From: Podarcis erhardii
Taxonomy: Eukaryota
Length of the DNA: 64,000 nucleotides
NCBI GenBank assembly: GCA_964252035.1
Contig: OZ176203.1
Reading direction: 5' to 3' (one strand)
This document shows, in pieces, positions 50,701 to 63,860 of the stretch (within the stretch, counting starts at the first letter, position 1; every line of letters starts with the position of its first letter). Made by a program: the position numbers and the translations under genes. The notes under the pieces were generated by a model. It had not been told where the DNA came from, made no database searches, and saw only the letters and a program-made list of their open reading frames with translations.

Positions 50701-53700
50701 GGAAGAACACATTTTGTAATATGGAATTGGAAGCACATGTTTCTGAACTATCCTCCCCTAGCCTGCATATACCAATTGACTAATTGTTGCCTGATGAGGC
50801 TTAAGAATCTCTAGGTGCTCTGAATATGTTCCTGTCAGATGTGGGGACATACAAAATGAGGATTTCCAAATTCCCTAATATAGCTAGAATAGTTGATGAC
50901 CAAAATAGTATGCAGGCAATATATTTCCTTTGCAAATCCATTTGTATTTCAGATAGAAAACTGTCTCCCGAAATGAAATTGTTCATTAGACTTTTCAAAA
51001 TCCTGCCTCCAGAGGCATGGAGAAGGACATTCAGCCTAGCCTCTGCCACCATGTAATGGACCACGGGTCCCTGAAAGATTGCACACCCACTTTTTCTGGA
51101 AGGACAGTGGAGTAACCACCTAAGAAGTGCCCCCCCCCCAAAAAAGATGAGAAAGGATATGGATTTGCAAAAATTTGCAAAATCTAATTGATATGCATGC
51201 ATACAAATTTAGATATGTTGTAAGATACAGTTCCTTACTCACACTGGCATATATGAAAGGATTAACTCAGGTTAGCAGTGGGTGTGGCTTAGCAGGCTCT
51301 CCTCCCTCTTTTTCCCCTCTTCGTGTTTTCTGGAAAAAGTGAATAAGGTCCAGTGGCTCCCTGCAAGTGAAATGAATCACCCCAAGAGGGAGATTTTACA
51401 GCCTTCATCTTTGTTAACCCAAAGACTGCATAATCATTTATGTAAGGAAACAAAGTTAGTTTCTTTTTAAGTCATTTCGAACTTTTTTTCTTCTCCATTT
51501 TACTGCCAACAGATGGAGACTTGCTTGCTGGAAACACTGTGCGTAAAGACTTCACTTATTTGGAAAGCTAAGTATCTGTGATTTATTCTAGCCTAAGTAT
51601 TTTCATGGTGAACATTTGTTTAAAGGTGGATGAGGGCAGATGATTAAATCTAATAAAGCTTTAATATGATTGGAGTAATCATCATTGTGCTTAACTTTGC
51701 TATAAGAGAGTATGAGATTTCTCTTCCAATAATAATTGTAATAATAGTAATAGTAGTAGCAGTAGTAATTTTATATACCCCACCCATCTGGCTGGGTTTC
51801 GCCAGCCACTCTGGGCTCTTTGTCTAACACAGTCTTACCAGGCTATTTATTTATGTACTATGCTACAGTATACTAAACTCAAAAAAGCCAACATGAAATA
51901 AACTTAACTCTCAACCAGCATGGTTCTTTAATCATTAATAGACTTTATTCAGCCACTGGACAGTCCTAGCCTACATACCTGCCTAGATTGTTATACATTC
52001 ATAATATACAGTTGGACGATATGCTCTGGTAGTAGCTGAGAATGAGGAACAAACCATCAGCTGGTGGAGATAATTGGGTAGTAAGTGCTGTTTAAGACTC
52101 TACGGTCTAGAAGATGAAAAGGTGAGGAAGTGCTTCTCCGTAGGGTATAGATTGGCTCATTATGTGTCACATAGAGCTGTTCCACTCTGCAGACACTTTC
52201 TGTGGGCACCTTATCTCTGCTTGGGGAACACTTTGGTCTAGACTGCCTACGTTCATCTGAGGGACAGGGCGGGTGAGTGGGTTGTCTTTTGGAAACGTTT
52301 TTTACTTGGTAGCCTAGTAAACTCCTTTCCATGTGGTTGTGTATAATAATTGGGTCAGAGGTATGTGTGGGTTTTACGGAGAGGGAGCCTGTTCAAGTCT
52401 TATATCTTCTGAGAAACGCCAATTGCTTCTGTGTTGTAACTCACTTGATCTTCCTTTTAAATCATATCCTGAGCTGTTTCTTGCCATGGTAGACAAAGTC
52501 ACCTCAGAGGTGCTAGAATGCATGACTAGCGTCTGCTGCAATTAAGATATACTATTCCTTAGGGAAGAGGATAAAAAAAATGAACTCACTGAGCTCTGAC
52601 AGAATCTAACCTTTGTCAAATTTCTGTGGCATGATGTAATTGAACTGGACAGAGTCCTAGTGACTACAGTTCTTGTCTCTGACTAGTAAAGCCAGAAGGC
52701 ACTAGTACACAGGTTTGTGTTGAGCTTATAAAAGTTTGCTGTCAGAACCAGGGTAAGGGAGGTGCACCATGAAATAAGCAACATGGAAGAAGTCTTAGAT
52801 TAATGACAGTCAATTAATTTGACAGGCTGTTGAGTTCTCCAATCTTGTGGAATTATAAAACAAAGTAGCTATCTTTCGGTTTGCCTCCCTAGCCAGAAAT
52901 AACCTCAAACACAGCACTAGTTGTCTTGTCTTGGGGGCAAAGACAACCCTGGCTACCAACCAGTGGGGCTTTTGGGAGTAGCAAGGACAGGGCTGCATCC
53001 GCAACCTTGCCATACATGATGGCCAGGGCAGAAGGTTTTTTGGGGAGAGGAGGATTGCTGTATAAGCCTGGAGCTGGTCACCTATTGGACCCAATACAAT
53101 CACACAATTGCAGTGGGACTGACTTGGGAACTAAGGGTCCTGGACCAGGTCAGCAGTGGGGCAATTTGGTGAGTGGCCTCCCAAAGCCTCAATTTTGACC
53201 GTTGTGAAACATGATAGGCTGTTAATTTTTGCTTTTTGGATTTTGCACATTTTTCTTTTAAATATGCCTATATCCAAGACAGAAAAATTAGTGCAATGTG
53301 GGGAAGGAATGACTGGGGAGAGGTACAAAACACACACCAACTGAATACACTCTGTCAACTTCTATTAGGCATGGGTAAATCTGTTAATCTCTTAAGTTTC
53401 GCATTCTTCCAACTTTAATTTCACTTCTCTGCATCCAGCAGGCTGTTCTCATGTTCAAATACATTTGCGATCTTGTTATTAATTTTTTTTTAAGTCCTCA
53501 TGAAAATTCATCAGCATTTTAGTATAAATTTCTCCTAATACACATTTTGCAAAGCAGTTTTCTTAAATATCTTTTTCTAATATTTCCCAATATTTTGGCC
53601 AAAATCAAATCTCTCCTCCATCCCCACCTGCTGATGTGGATGGCAAGTGATGGAATAGCGCTGGACAGTGTGTCTGAGGGAGAAGGAAAGGAGCATGTAG

Positions 53701-56700
53701 ACACTCATATGGCAGTTGTGCAAACAAAAAAACTAAATCTGAATTAGTTATTAATGAGATATCACATGTATCTGGAAGCATTCCTGGCCAGTGTGGATGA
53801 GGGCAATAGCATCACTGACAAGAACTAGGCCATAAGTGTACGTGTGTGTGTGTATGTGTATGTGTGTGTGTGTCAGTTCAATGAATTTAAATATATCACA
53901 CAACCTGTATTTTATGTTCTGGCTGTTTACCCCCTTGGTTCCCTTCATTGAATTTCTGAATTTAGGTCTAATGAATGCTGTGGTGTTTTCAGCTGTACCT
54001 CAAGGAAGCTGCAATCCTGACTCCATAAATACATTAGCTTCTTGCAATAAGTTCCTACAACTTTTGCCAAAGTCGACTGGAAAGGATTCTCCCTCCTCCC
54101 CCTGTAGTAGCTCAGTCTTCCAAAACAATTGCCCTAAAATGCCTGTAAGACACAAGAGACTATACAGTAGTGTAATTCCTAGTCTGTGAAGTCAGCTTGT
54201 AACCATGGCAGCAGCCGCTGCCAAAGCTGTACATTACAAAAGGAGCCAGGCGGATGAAACGTAGGCCCAAGTTAATGAAAATCAATTTTGAAGTGCACTA
54301 GATATATGGAAATGGAGAAGAGGGTGATTGATAAAATATTTCGTATTTTCTCTTCCTCCCTGGCAGCCAATTGCCGCAGGGGCCACAAAGCTGAAAACAG
54401 GATGGGGGTACTTTTCTTATTTGGGTGCTTCTATGTGGGAAGGAGTCGTCCTTCTGAAGAATACATCAACAAGGCAGCACCTATTCACTGCCAGCTAATT
54501 CTGGCACAGCTGAGCAAAGTTATCTTTTAGAGGGGGGTGGAAATTGTTCCAGCTTGATGTGCTCATATCATTAGACCAGCTTCTTGGTGGGGGGTGAGAA
54601 TAAGACAGCATTATTTGTGTTAGTGACCCAGGGCCAAGAGCTGACAGCACTCACCTTTTAGAGCAAGGGAGAAAATGACCATCTACCAGTAAGTGTTCGA
54701 AGCTTGGAAGCATCTCAAGTTCTTCAGTTTTAAAAAAGTAAACATAGAGCTAGATTGAAATACCTGGAATCCAAACACCCAAAAACCTGGTTTTTAATCC
54801 CAGAGGATATGGAGGCTGAACACTGACCCACTAGCTAGTTGTACAAAGATTGAAGTGAAGGATTGGGTGGCATAATATTTAACCTATCCCAGACCTTTTT
54901 AAAAATATGATAACATTATTTTTGAAATCTAAGATATAATGTACCGATAATTGACTACAATGCCCACATATGTAATATTATTCATATGCTGTCTGCAAAA
55001 TATAAGAGGAAACCCGGATGTATGGCAATGCGATGGAAAAAGCAGCTTAAAATCACTATTTGGGGGTTGGGTTTCCCCAAAAATGTTTGCGGGTGTCCAG
55101 AATTATACTTTTTGAAATATGGCAACCCTCCCTTTGCTGCTATGATATCAAGTGGGACCACATTTTTGTGTTTTCTTTCCTCCTGCTTTCTTGTGCTCAT
55201 TGCTTTAGAGCAACATGGCGACTTTCTTTTCGTTAAAACCATCTGTGAGGGAAGCTAGGCTGCAATTACCCCTGCAGGAGTTGCTTCTTTTGGCGGTTCC
55301 TTTTCCAGGGACCGAGGAGAGGATGTTTTGGCGGGAATGCCATTTTTTCCTGTCAGTGGTCCATTAACAGGGTTTCAGGGAGTGCTTGTTCTTTACAGTT
55401 TGCTCCTTCCCTCTTTTCTTTATTAGCTGTGACTCTCTGTTCCCTTTCTTAGTTGCTCACACACTTTGCAAGTGGAGATAGAGCTAGCACCCAAAAAGTT
55501 GCAGGAAGCAGAAGGAGGTGATTTCAACAGTGACCACTGCGCCTTCGGTTCAATCTCCACCTCCCCCTTCAGCTCAAGTGACACAAACAGACTGTGTGAA
55601 AGAGCATGATCTCCTGCAGTGGCCCAACTGTCTGGGCCACTGTCTCCAGTGGCCCAACCTGAACATACCAAGAACATGCATATATTTACCCAACCATTAC
55701 TGATAGTTTAGAAAATTAAATCCATACAGTCCCTTTTCACATTTCCTGGGTGTTATATTTTCAGGAGTCTCGACTGCTGAAAGGAACACTGGCATTTCAC
55801 TCTGTCAGTGTTTCCACTGCAGTAATATATCATTTCAGGAGATAGATTTTTTATTTTTTTATTTTTACAAAGTTTTGAATTTAGCTCCAGGGGCTTTATT
55901 CAATTATGAAAATCTGAAATCCGAGGATGTGGACTGTTCAGGTGCTTTCTGGTATGACTTCAAATTAAGTTTATTCTCCCCACATGATATTTCATGCCAC
56001 TGGAATGCAGTGTAGTCTGGAATTGTTATACATTTGGGATTAAGAAATTGCCAAAATGTTTTTGTGTTCGAGACAGCCTTCTGTAATGTAGATCTATTGA
56101 TTCTTCCCCCCACCCCCCAAAACTATTTAAATGAAACCCTTCTGGTAAGAGTGGAATAATTTAACAACAAAAAAGGACACATGAATCAGAGCTCTGCACA
56201 GCAATGTGGAAAGTGTGCCTTCTCATACATTATATCTGTTCCTTATTTCTTAGCCAAGTTTCTTCCATTCTTCCATCCTCACGCAAACCTATCATTTTTT
56301 TTTCAAGCATCTCCCATAGTCATTTGGTTGAAATAATCCAAACTATTTGAGTTGGCAAAGCCAGGCTATAAATCTGGGATATAGGTGGCCCAACCAATAT
56401 CTGGATTCTTTAGCTAACCACATTTTTTTGTTTCCTGTTAAATTCCAGACTACCATGACTCTTAATTCCACACATTGGATCTATTGTACAGCTGGAGTAA
56501 ATGACTAGCAGCAAACAAATAGGATTAGTTTGTATCCAGCTATGAGCCAAACCATACTAAGATAATCCATACTATCTCCTTCCACAGTGTCATTTCTCTA
56601 AAGAAAATGGCCTGTGTGTTTCTGGTATATTGGTATATAATGGTATATACATTATATAGGTATATAATGGTATTATATACACATTGGTATATAATGTATA

Positions 56701-57487
56701 CGTAGGGCCTGAGTGAAGGATAGATTTACAAAATGTTGTACATTCAGGCACATTAAGGCTATAACTTTAATGTGTTCTTGTGACTTACTTCTGACTGAGT
56801 AAACATGCAAGAACTGCACTGTGCACCAGAATAGCCACGCAAGGAAATGAATAAAATGGAATATGAATCAGAATTGGAAGTTTTAACAATGGGCAGAACA
56901 ATCTAAATCATTAATCCTCCATAGTAGAGGGAGTTGGATGTGGTGGTGTTCCTCCACCAGCAGTGGGCTCCACTTGCAGAGCTCTTTAATGTGCCTGCCC
57001 AAACTGTACGTGGGCAGAAGCTCCTACTACCGCGTACTGCTGAAGTCGGCTGTCTCATTAACTGAGGTCCATTAATTTCAGTGGCTCTACTCTGACTATA
57101 ACTCGATACAACCCACCATTTTCCAGACCCTCCAAGTGTCCCTCTTTTCCAGGGACATCCCTGATTTAGAGATGCTGTCCCGGTTTCTGATTTGATCCCA
57201 GAATGTCCCACTTTTCCTTAGGATGTCCTCATTTCTATCGGAGAAATGTTGGAGGGTATGGAGTTATCTAACTCCCAAGCCTTCTGTACTGTATAGGGAA
57301 GTTTTAAAAAATGTTTTATTATGTTTTTATATATGTTGAAAGCTGCCCAGAGTGGCTGGGGCAACCCAGTAAGATGTGTGGGGTATAAATAGTAAAATTA
57401 TCATTATGGAATGGGAAATCCCTATTTTCATCAGAGAAATTTTCATCAGAGAAATGTTGGAGGGTATGCATTTTCTTCTCTCGGTAC

Positions 57488-57520
<33 letters not shown>

Positions 57521-58592
57521 TCAGGTGGATGTGGTCTCTTTACAAAAACTTAAAATACCAAAACATAATTGTGGTTGCTATAACAGATTGTCATTGGTAC
57601 ACCTCTGAAATTTCTTACAAAAAGTAGCTTTAATATTCACACAATGGAGGAGATGATCAACAGAGGGTTACTGAAGCATGAACAGAGAAAGGCAAAACTT
57701 GGAAAACTGGCAGAGTTGTTAAGACAAAAACCAGTTAAGTGAAAGATTTGTTGAGGCCAATTGAATTCATCTATGGTGTAAAGAGTAGAGAGAGATATGT
57801 GTTTACATAAACATAATTGACCTATAGCTACTTTGGAGGGAATGCCAAACTAACATTTCAAGAATAAAATGCTGTAGGTCAGTGATGTGACTCTGTAGTG
57901 TAGATACTAACTGAGCTGGAGAGTTCTGAAATATCAATTTTTATGTGTGTGTAGATTTCACCTGGATTTCAAGATTGCAGTATCCTGTGATTTCTCTGTT
58001 GCAATTCTAAGCATTTTATTATGATGCCAACATTTTTTACTCTTCAGTATAGTATTGAGAAATCTATCAGAGCAAAATACATATTATCTGAAACTTGTCT
58101 CAACCAGATGCTTTTAAAGTGCATAATTTAATAACTTACTTGCAAAGGGCAAGAACTCTGTCAAAACATCTTCGATGTAGTTTCTTCCCAGTCAACAAAT
58201 AAATATAAGCTTCTATATTAAAATTCAGGTTTTTTAAAAAACATTTTCCAAAGCACACAAAGGGGAAAATGTGGATAATTCTGTACCAACCAAGAGGCTT
58301 TATTTCTTCCCAGTACTAGTCCTTCTGAAATCATCTTCTCATTTCCACAACTAGACTTGTCCCATGATTGGTGGGTAGAAATAACCACCGTTATAAAAAA
58401 CATAACATTAATTTTCTGTAAATGCTTATTTGAGGTGAGCAAACTTTATTCCTGCCATACTGGTGAACTTTTATTCCACGTGCATTTAGCAGCACGTGTT
58501 CTTTATTACTCCAAAATTGCAGTTCTGAACCACTTCTGTTGATTCATTATAGTCAAGAATGTCCTTTCTCTGAAATCTCCATCTTATAGTCA

Positions 58593-59608
58593 TGTTGTTA
58601 TGGGTTTGTGGGTGGGGGCAGATTCCCCTAAATTCCTAGGTTCCAGACCCTCCCTACAATTGCTGAATTGAGTAAAACTTAGAATTCATCAAGGTTCAGT
58701 TAAACTTTGCCAAACACGGAAACCCTAGGATGTAGTTATGCTAATGAGCCAAGCCAGCTCAGTAGAGCTAGCTGGATGGGCCAAGGGCAAGGGACAAAAG
58801 CCAGTGATGGCCCAGCAAGGAAACCATCAGAGTGCAAGACTGCCAGGCAAAGGGAGTGGGGCTGCTCCTTTGCTGGTGCTAGTGTTGTTGTTGTTTAGTT
58901 GTTTAGTCGTGTCCGACTCTTCATGACCCCATGGACCAGAGCACGCCAGGCACTCCTGTCTTCCACTGCCTCCCGCAGTTTGGTCAAACTCATGCTGGTA
59001 GCTTCGAGAACACTATCCAGCCATCTCGTCCTCTGTCGTCCCCTTCTCCTTGTGCCCTCCATCTTTCCCCACATCAGGGTCTTTTCCAGGGAGTCTTCTC
59101 TTCTCATGAGGTGGCCAAAGTATTGGAGCCTCAGCTTCACGATCTGTCCTTCCAGTGAGCACTCAGGGCTGATTTCCTTAAGAATGGATAGATTTGATCT
59201 TCTTGCAGTCCATGGGACTCTTAAGAGTCTCCTCCAGCACCATAATTCAAAAGCATCAATTCTTCGGTGATCAGCCTTCTTTATGGTCCAGCTCTCACTT
59301 CCATGCATCACTACTGGGAAAACCATAGCTTTAACTATACGGACCTTTGTGGTGCTAGTAGGCAGAGGCAAAGGCAAGGTCTAGGGTTTCAATTTTGAAT
59401 GAAGGGGAAGACAGACCTTCATAGGATGTGAATGCTCTGCAATCCCTCCATCTAGGTGCAGGTTGTAGATATGTGTAAATAAAACCATATATCGTAAATA
59501 CACCACAGTCTCTGTGGTGCCCAATTTCTGAAGGAAACACAAACTCTGGGAAAGCACCTGGAACCCCTGGAGTCTCACACTGCTCAGAAATAGGGGTGGC
59601 CTGTAATA
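58593..59608 (+). mobile_element. Probable old solo LTR interrupted by BovB
   Basis: tgtt start, aaataaaa at ~59478, LTR-like composition; no TSD found and boundaries approximate. Confidence 0.4.
58884..59349 (-). mobile_element. BovB LINE 3' fragment
   Basis: TKVRIVKAMVFPVV...IDAFELWCWRRLLRVPWTARRSN...; (CAA)n tail; 10-bp TSD tggtgctagt. Confidence 0.95.
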
Positions 59609-59682
59609 ATATTCTTCAGAAGACTGTTTAAAGCATCATGTCTGTGTCTGACAAGTGTACCACTGAAAGATAAATCCTAATA

Positions 59683-59924
59683 CAGTGGTACTTCAGGTTA
59701 CATACGCTTCAGGTTACATACGCTTCAGGTTACAGACTCCGCGAACCCAGAAATAGCGCTTCAGGTTAAGAACTTTGTTTCAGGATAAGAACAGAAATCG
59801 TGCTCCGGTGGCGCGGTGGCAGCAGTTGGCCCCATTAGCTAAAGTGGTGGTTCAGGTTAAGAACAGTTTCAGGTTAAGAACGGACCTCCGGAACGAATTA
59901 AGTACTTAACCCGAGGTACCACTT
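59683..59924. mobile_element. Tigger/mariner-type MITE, inverted relative to copy 1
   Basis: TIR and interior match 17311-17536. Confidence 0.9.
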
Positions 59925-62854
59925 TACCTAGAATTTATTACTTTTCTATTATTTGATTGCCACTGATAAATATATCATTATAGGGTTACTGTCTGATCAC
60001 TGGAGTATGATAAAATTTTGCCTTAAAACAGTACCTGACCAAAGTCTAGAACTTGACAAAGGAATGTAGAGGAGTCTGAATGGATGCTTAACTTTTTAAA
60101 CACATGAATTAATTACCCTTGAGGAAATGTGGTCATCTACAGGGGGGAAAAGTTCACCACACTGTCTTAAAGAGGCAGAACACAACACCCTTGTCTTCTA
60201 TTCCTGTGCTGCCCATACTTCATCCATTGTTTAATTTCCCTCACAGTCTGTTTTCCTTTCACCAGAAATCTTGATTCTCCCCTCCTAAACAGGGACATCC
60301 TAGTGCATCAGGTCAAGACAATGTTAAGTGTTTGATACTCCTCTATATTGCCTGGGCACTGTTGGCACAGCCAGGCAGCCATATGATTCTATGTGTATAG
60401 TGGTCTATAAGATTTCGTATCCCTGGGTTGGGATGCAACCTTTCTCTCAAGGACTGTATAAGAGGCAGTATTTCTAACCCATGGCTTCCACCTCTGCTCA
60501 TTCCTACTCTCTGCTATTCATAGTCAAATTCTCTAGGAAAAGCAATAGCATTTCAATTGAAAATAAAATAAAAAATCTGTGAGAGGCCTGAGATAGCTAT
60601 GGAACAGGAAGCTGTTCTGTCTCAGTGATGACAAGAAGAGTTTTTCCAGGGTAAAGGCTAGAGGATTTTGTAAATATGTTTACAGTCCATATTTACAGTC
60701 TCCATTTCCACTGGCCCATTGTTGGTTAATAGAACCCATTGATGGCTGTGAACTGAATTCTGCTTGTTGGCTTGGCAGCCTTTGTACAGTGGTTTGGCAC
60801 TCTCAGCTGTTGCCTCCTATGAATCTTCACTTCTTCTCTCTTAGATGTTTCCAGAGGGAGTGAAGGAGGGGAAAGCTTTGCCCTTCGGTCAACTCCAAAA
60901 GCAAGCAGTCCCTGAAAAAATAAACAACGGAAGAAGTGTATCTTGTTTCAGGTTTGAAACATAACTTTGATGCTGATGTTGTGAAGTACCATGGTAATAA
61001 AGAAGGCCGCATTAATTTAATACGGATACATTTTTAAGGGACTACAATCTTAATTCTGACAGGATCTTATAATGTTGTATGGCAGCAGTGCCAATATCTC
61101 TTTCTTTCAGCTAAGTAGCAATTGAGATTTAAAAAGTGGTCTTAAAAGTGACTGTTAAACTTTGGGAATCTATTTTGCTCTTTCTCATTTGCATCTTAAC
61201 GGCAGAGATGGCTAACCTGCATCCCTCCAGATGTTGCTAAACTACAACTCCCATTTAATAGCTCAATGCAGATAGCTACATTTGCATGTCACAATAAGCC
61301 AAGACCCCTGGAATTAATAAATCTTACTGTGCCCAAAGTATATGACCATGCATGCAGCCTGCTCTCTCTCTCATTTACTCCTCCTTTTGTAAGAGTAAAT
61401 TCAAGAAGGGGATAGCTTAGCACTGTGTCCAAACCACAATCTTACATCCCCTAAATGTGAGTGTTTCTATTACTGTTTGATAGCTGCCTTTAGGCTCTTT
61501 GGAGAAATAGACAGGGTAGACATTTTTAAAATAAAAAAATTGCCTAGGACTTTTTATCTCTGAAAATAGGTTATAGGTTTTGTTACTCATTCTACTGAAT
61601 ATTGCAGTCGGTTTTTAACCACTACTTTCTATTGTTTTTATCTATTTATACAGTATTGTTTATTCTTCCTGTTTTAATTGTTATTGTAAACCACCTTGAG
61701 TGTTAAAGCATAGTTAAAATATTTAAATAAAAAAATACATTCCGCTCTCCCATATGTACATACTAAGCCCCATTAAACATGCATAGTAAGCCTTACTTTG
61801 GAATAAACGTTATAGTATTGTACTACACATCTCCTACATCCACATTTAAGGGATGTAAGATACACATGAAAGGGAACATGAAAAAGCAAGATCCCAGGCA
61901 GTTGAAATCCGGTATCTAAAAAGTAAAACTCTAGGTAGTAGACCCCTGGTTCAATAATGAATACCACAGGGTATCCAGTCATAAAATATGAGGCTCCTGG
62001 AAGGTGTAGCAACAAAAATTTGAGCACAGTTCAGAGTAATATCATTCCAAAGTCTGTGGTGACCTTGTGATCTTTTGTTTGAGTGCTGGTTATTACAAAG
62101 ACAAAGGCAAGTTGCAAAATGGAAATGGATTTGCAAGATCAAGGTACAGTTTGGACTCAGGCAATTCTTTTCTTTCTGTCCATAGAGCTTCCAGTCCAAA
62201 AAATTTGTGGAAAATAACCATGAAGCCTATTACGGTGTCATCTCTGAAACACAGTGAAAGAGCTCTTTCACCTAAGTGAGCTGAAGATACAAGTGACAGT
62301 GCTTGCCATAAGCATCAGTTCATATGTTGAGGGATGTATGTGTACCTATAGCAAACTGCTGTGGCTAACAAACTGCATGTCTCTGATTTCAAGTCCTCAA
62401 CACATGCACAAAATAGCAGCAGCAGCAATCCAACATTCCCATATAAAAAACCTTGAAAAAACAAACAAGACCTCATTTGGTTTTGAAGTCAACCAGGAAC
62501 AAATTCTTCTTCAGCGTTCAGCTCTTGCCAATAGCAACAAGATGAAAATGAAGCAAGTCTTTTTTTTTTTCTTTAAGCCATCTTAGACAGGAGAAGTTCA
62601 ACACATCCTCTAGCCTGTGTCCATCTGACACTTCCTCCTCCAGGTGTTTGAAAATAGACCATGAAAATCTGAAAATAGCCTGCGCATTCCAATCTAGTTT
62701 GCAAAAAAAAGAGTACAGTAGTTGGAAAAGGAATGGAAAGAAGAAAATAAATTTCAAAACACCAGCAAATAAGTCTGTTTAATAAATAGGTTTTTCACAG
62801 CTGCCACATACCAGGTTAACATCATCAAGCTATCCACCACAACCCTAAGGTCTC

Positions 62855-63160
62855 TGAAATATACTCAGAGTCCTGTAGAGATTTCATGCTCTTTATTGCA
62901 GCTTGTAAAACAGTGACTGAATTGCCCCCCAAACTTCAGACTTTTATATACATTATTTACATAATGAGTCCCGTCTGATTGGCTGATTCTTCTTCCCTCC
63001 TGGAGGCCAATCAGTTGTTGCATTCTATGATCCTACCAGCCTAATAGGTTGATTAACTTCCTCCTGGAGCCTGATTGGTCTTTTCCTGCAATCCAATCAG
63101 TTGTTGCATTCTAGGATCCTACTTGCCTATTGTTCTAGGATCCAAGCTTAGTACATAACA
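62855..63160 (-). mobile_element. Solo LTR, 306 bp
   Basis: TG...CA ends, 5-bp TSD gtctc (62850-54, 63161-65), minus-strand AATAAA (ctttatt ~62891), several CCAAT/ATTGG boxes. Confidence 0.8.
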
Positions 63161-63338
63161 GTCTCATTCAGTCCTATTTTTCCTAGAAAAAGAGGTGCCG
63201 GTACTCATAATGAACACATCCCTCGTTCTCTTAGAATGGCAATGGCACCCAACTGAGAGATGCTGGAATGGAGTTCCAGCTGAAAAAAAATCCCGGTCAC
63301 ATTTCTCACTGCCACTCCAGATCCCATGACTGTATATG

Positions 63339-63496
63339 CAGTGGCGTAGCGTGGGGGGTGCAGGGGGGGCCGGCCGCACCGGGCGCAACATCTGGGGTTA
63401 GGGCAAATCCACGGGTTAGGGGGCGCAAATCCACGGGTTAGGGGGCGCAAATTACTTGCCTTGCCCCGGGTGCTGACAACCCACGCTACGCCACTG
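63339..63496. mobile_element. Young hAT MITE copy 3, opposite orientation
   Basis: 17-bp TIR; 8-bp TSD tgtatatg. Confidence 0.95.
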
Positions 63497-63504
63497 TGTA
63501 TATG

Positions 63505-63860
63505 TGAAATATATTTTTCCTTAATGTGCATCATTTTACACTTGTTTACATTGAATTGCATTTGACATTTTGCCATCCATTCACTCAGTTTGGAGAGATC
63601 CTTTTGGAACCTATAACAGTCTCTTTTTCTTTTAACAATACTGAACAATTCAGTATCATCAATAAGCTTGGCCACCTCACTGCTCATCCCTCACTCTTTA
63701 AAAGCACAGCCCATTTATTCCTACTCTCTGCTTTTCGCTACTTAACCAACTCCTGATCCACAAGTGGACCTCTTTTCTTAATCCATCACTGCTAAGGTTA
63801 TTCTGGAGTCTTTGGAGAGGTGCCATGTTGAAAGCTTTTTAAAAGTCCAGGTTATTTCCT
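63505..63860 (-). mobile_element. Old CR1 RT fragment
   Basis: VAKLIDDTELF...QKDLSKLSEW..KCQMQFNVNKCKMMH, degenerate KFADDTKL RT region. Confidence 0.85.

Noticed and set aside
56630-56702. AT-rich quasi-palindromic ggtatataat repeats
   Set aside because: Low-complexity slippage repeat with no defined arms, TIRs or TSD
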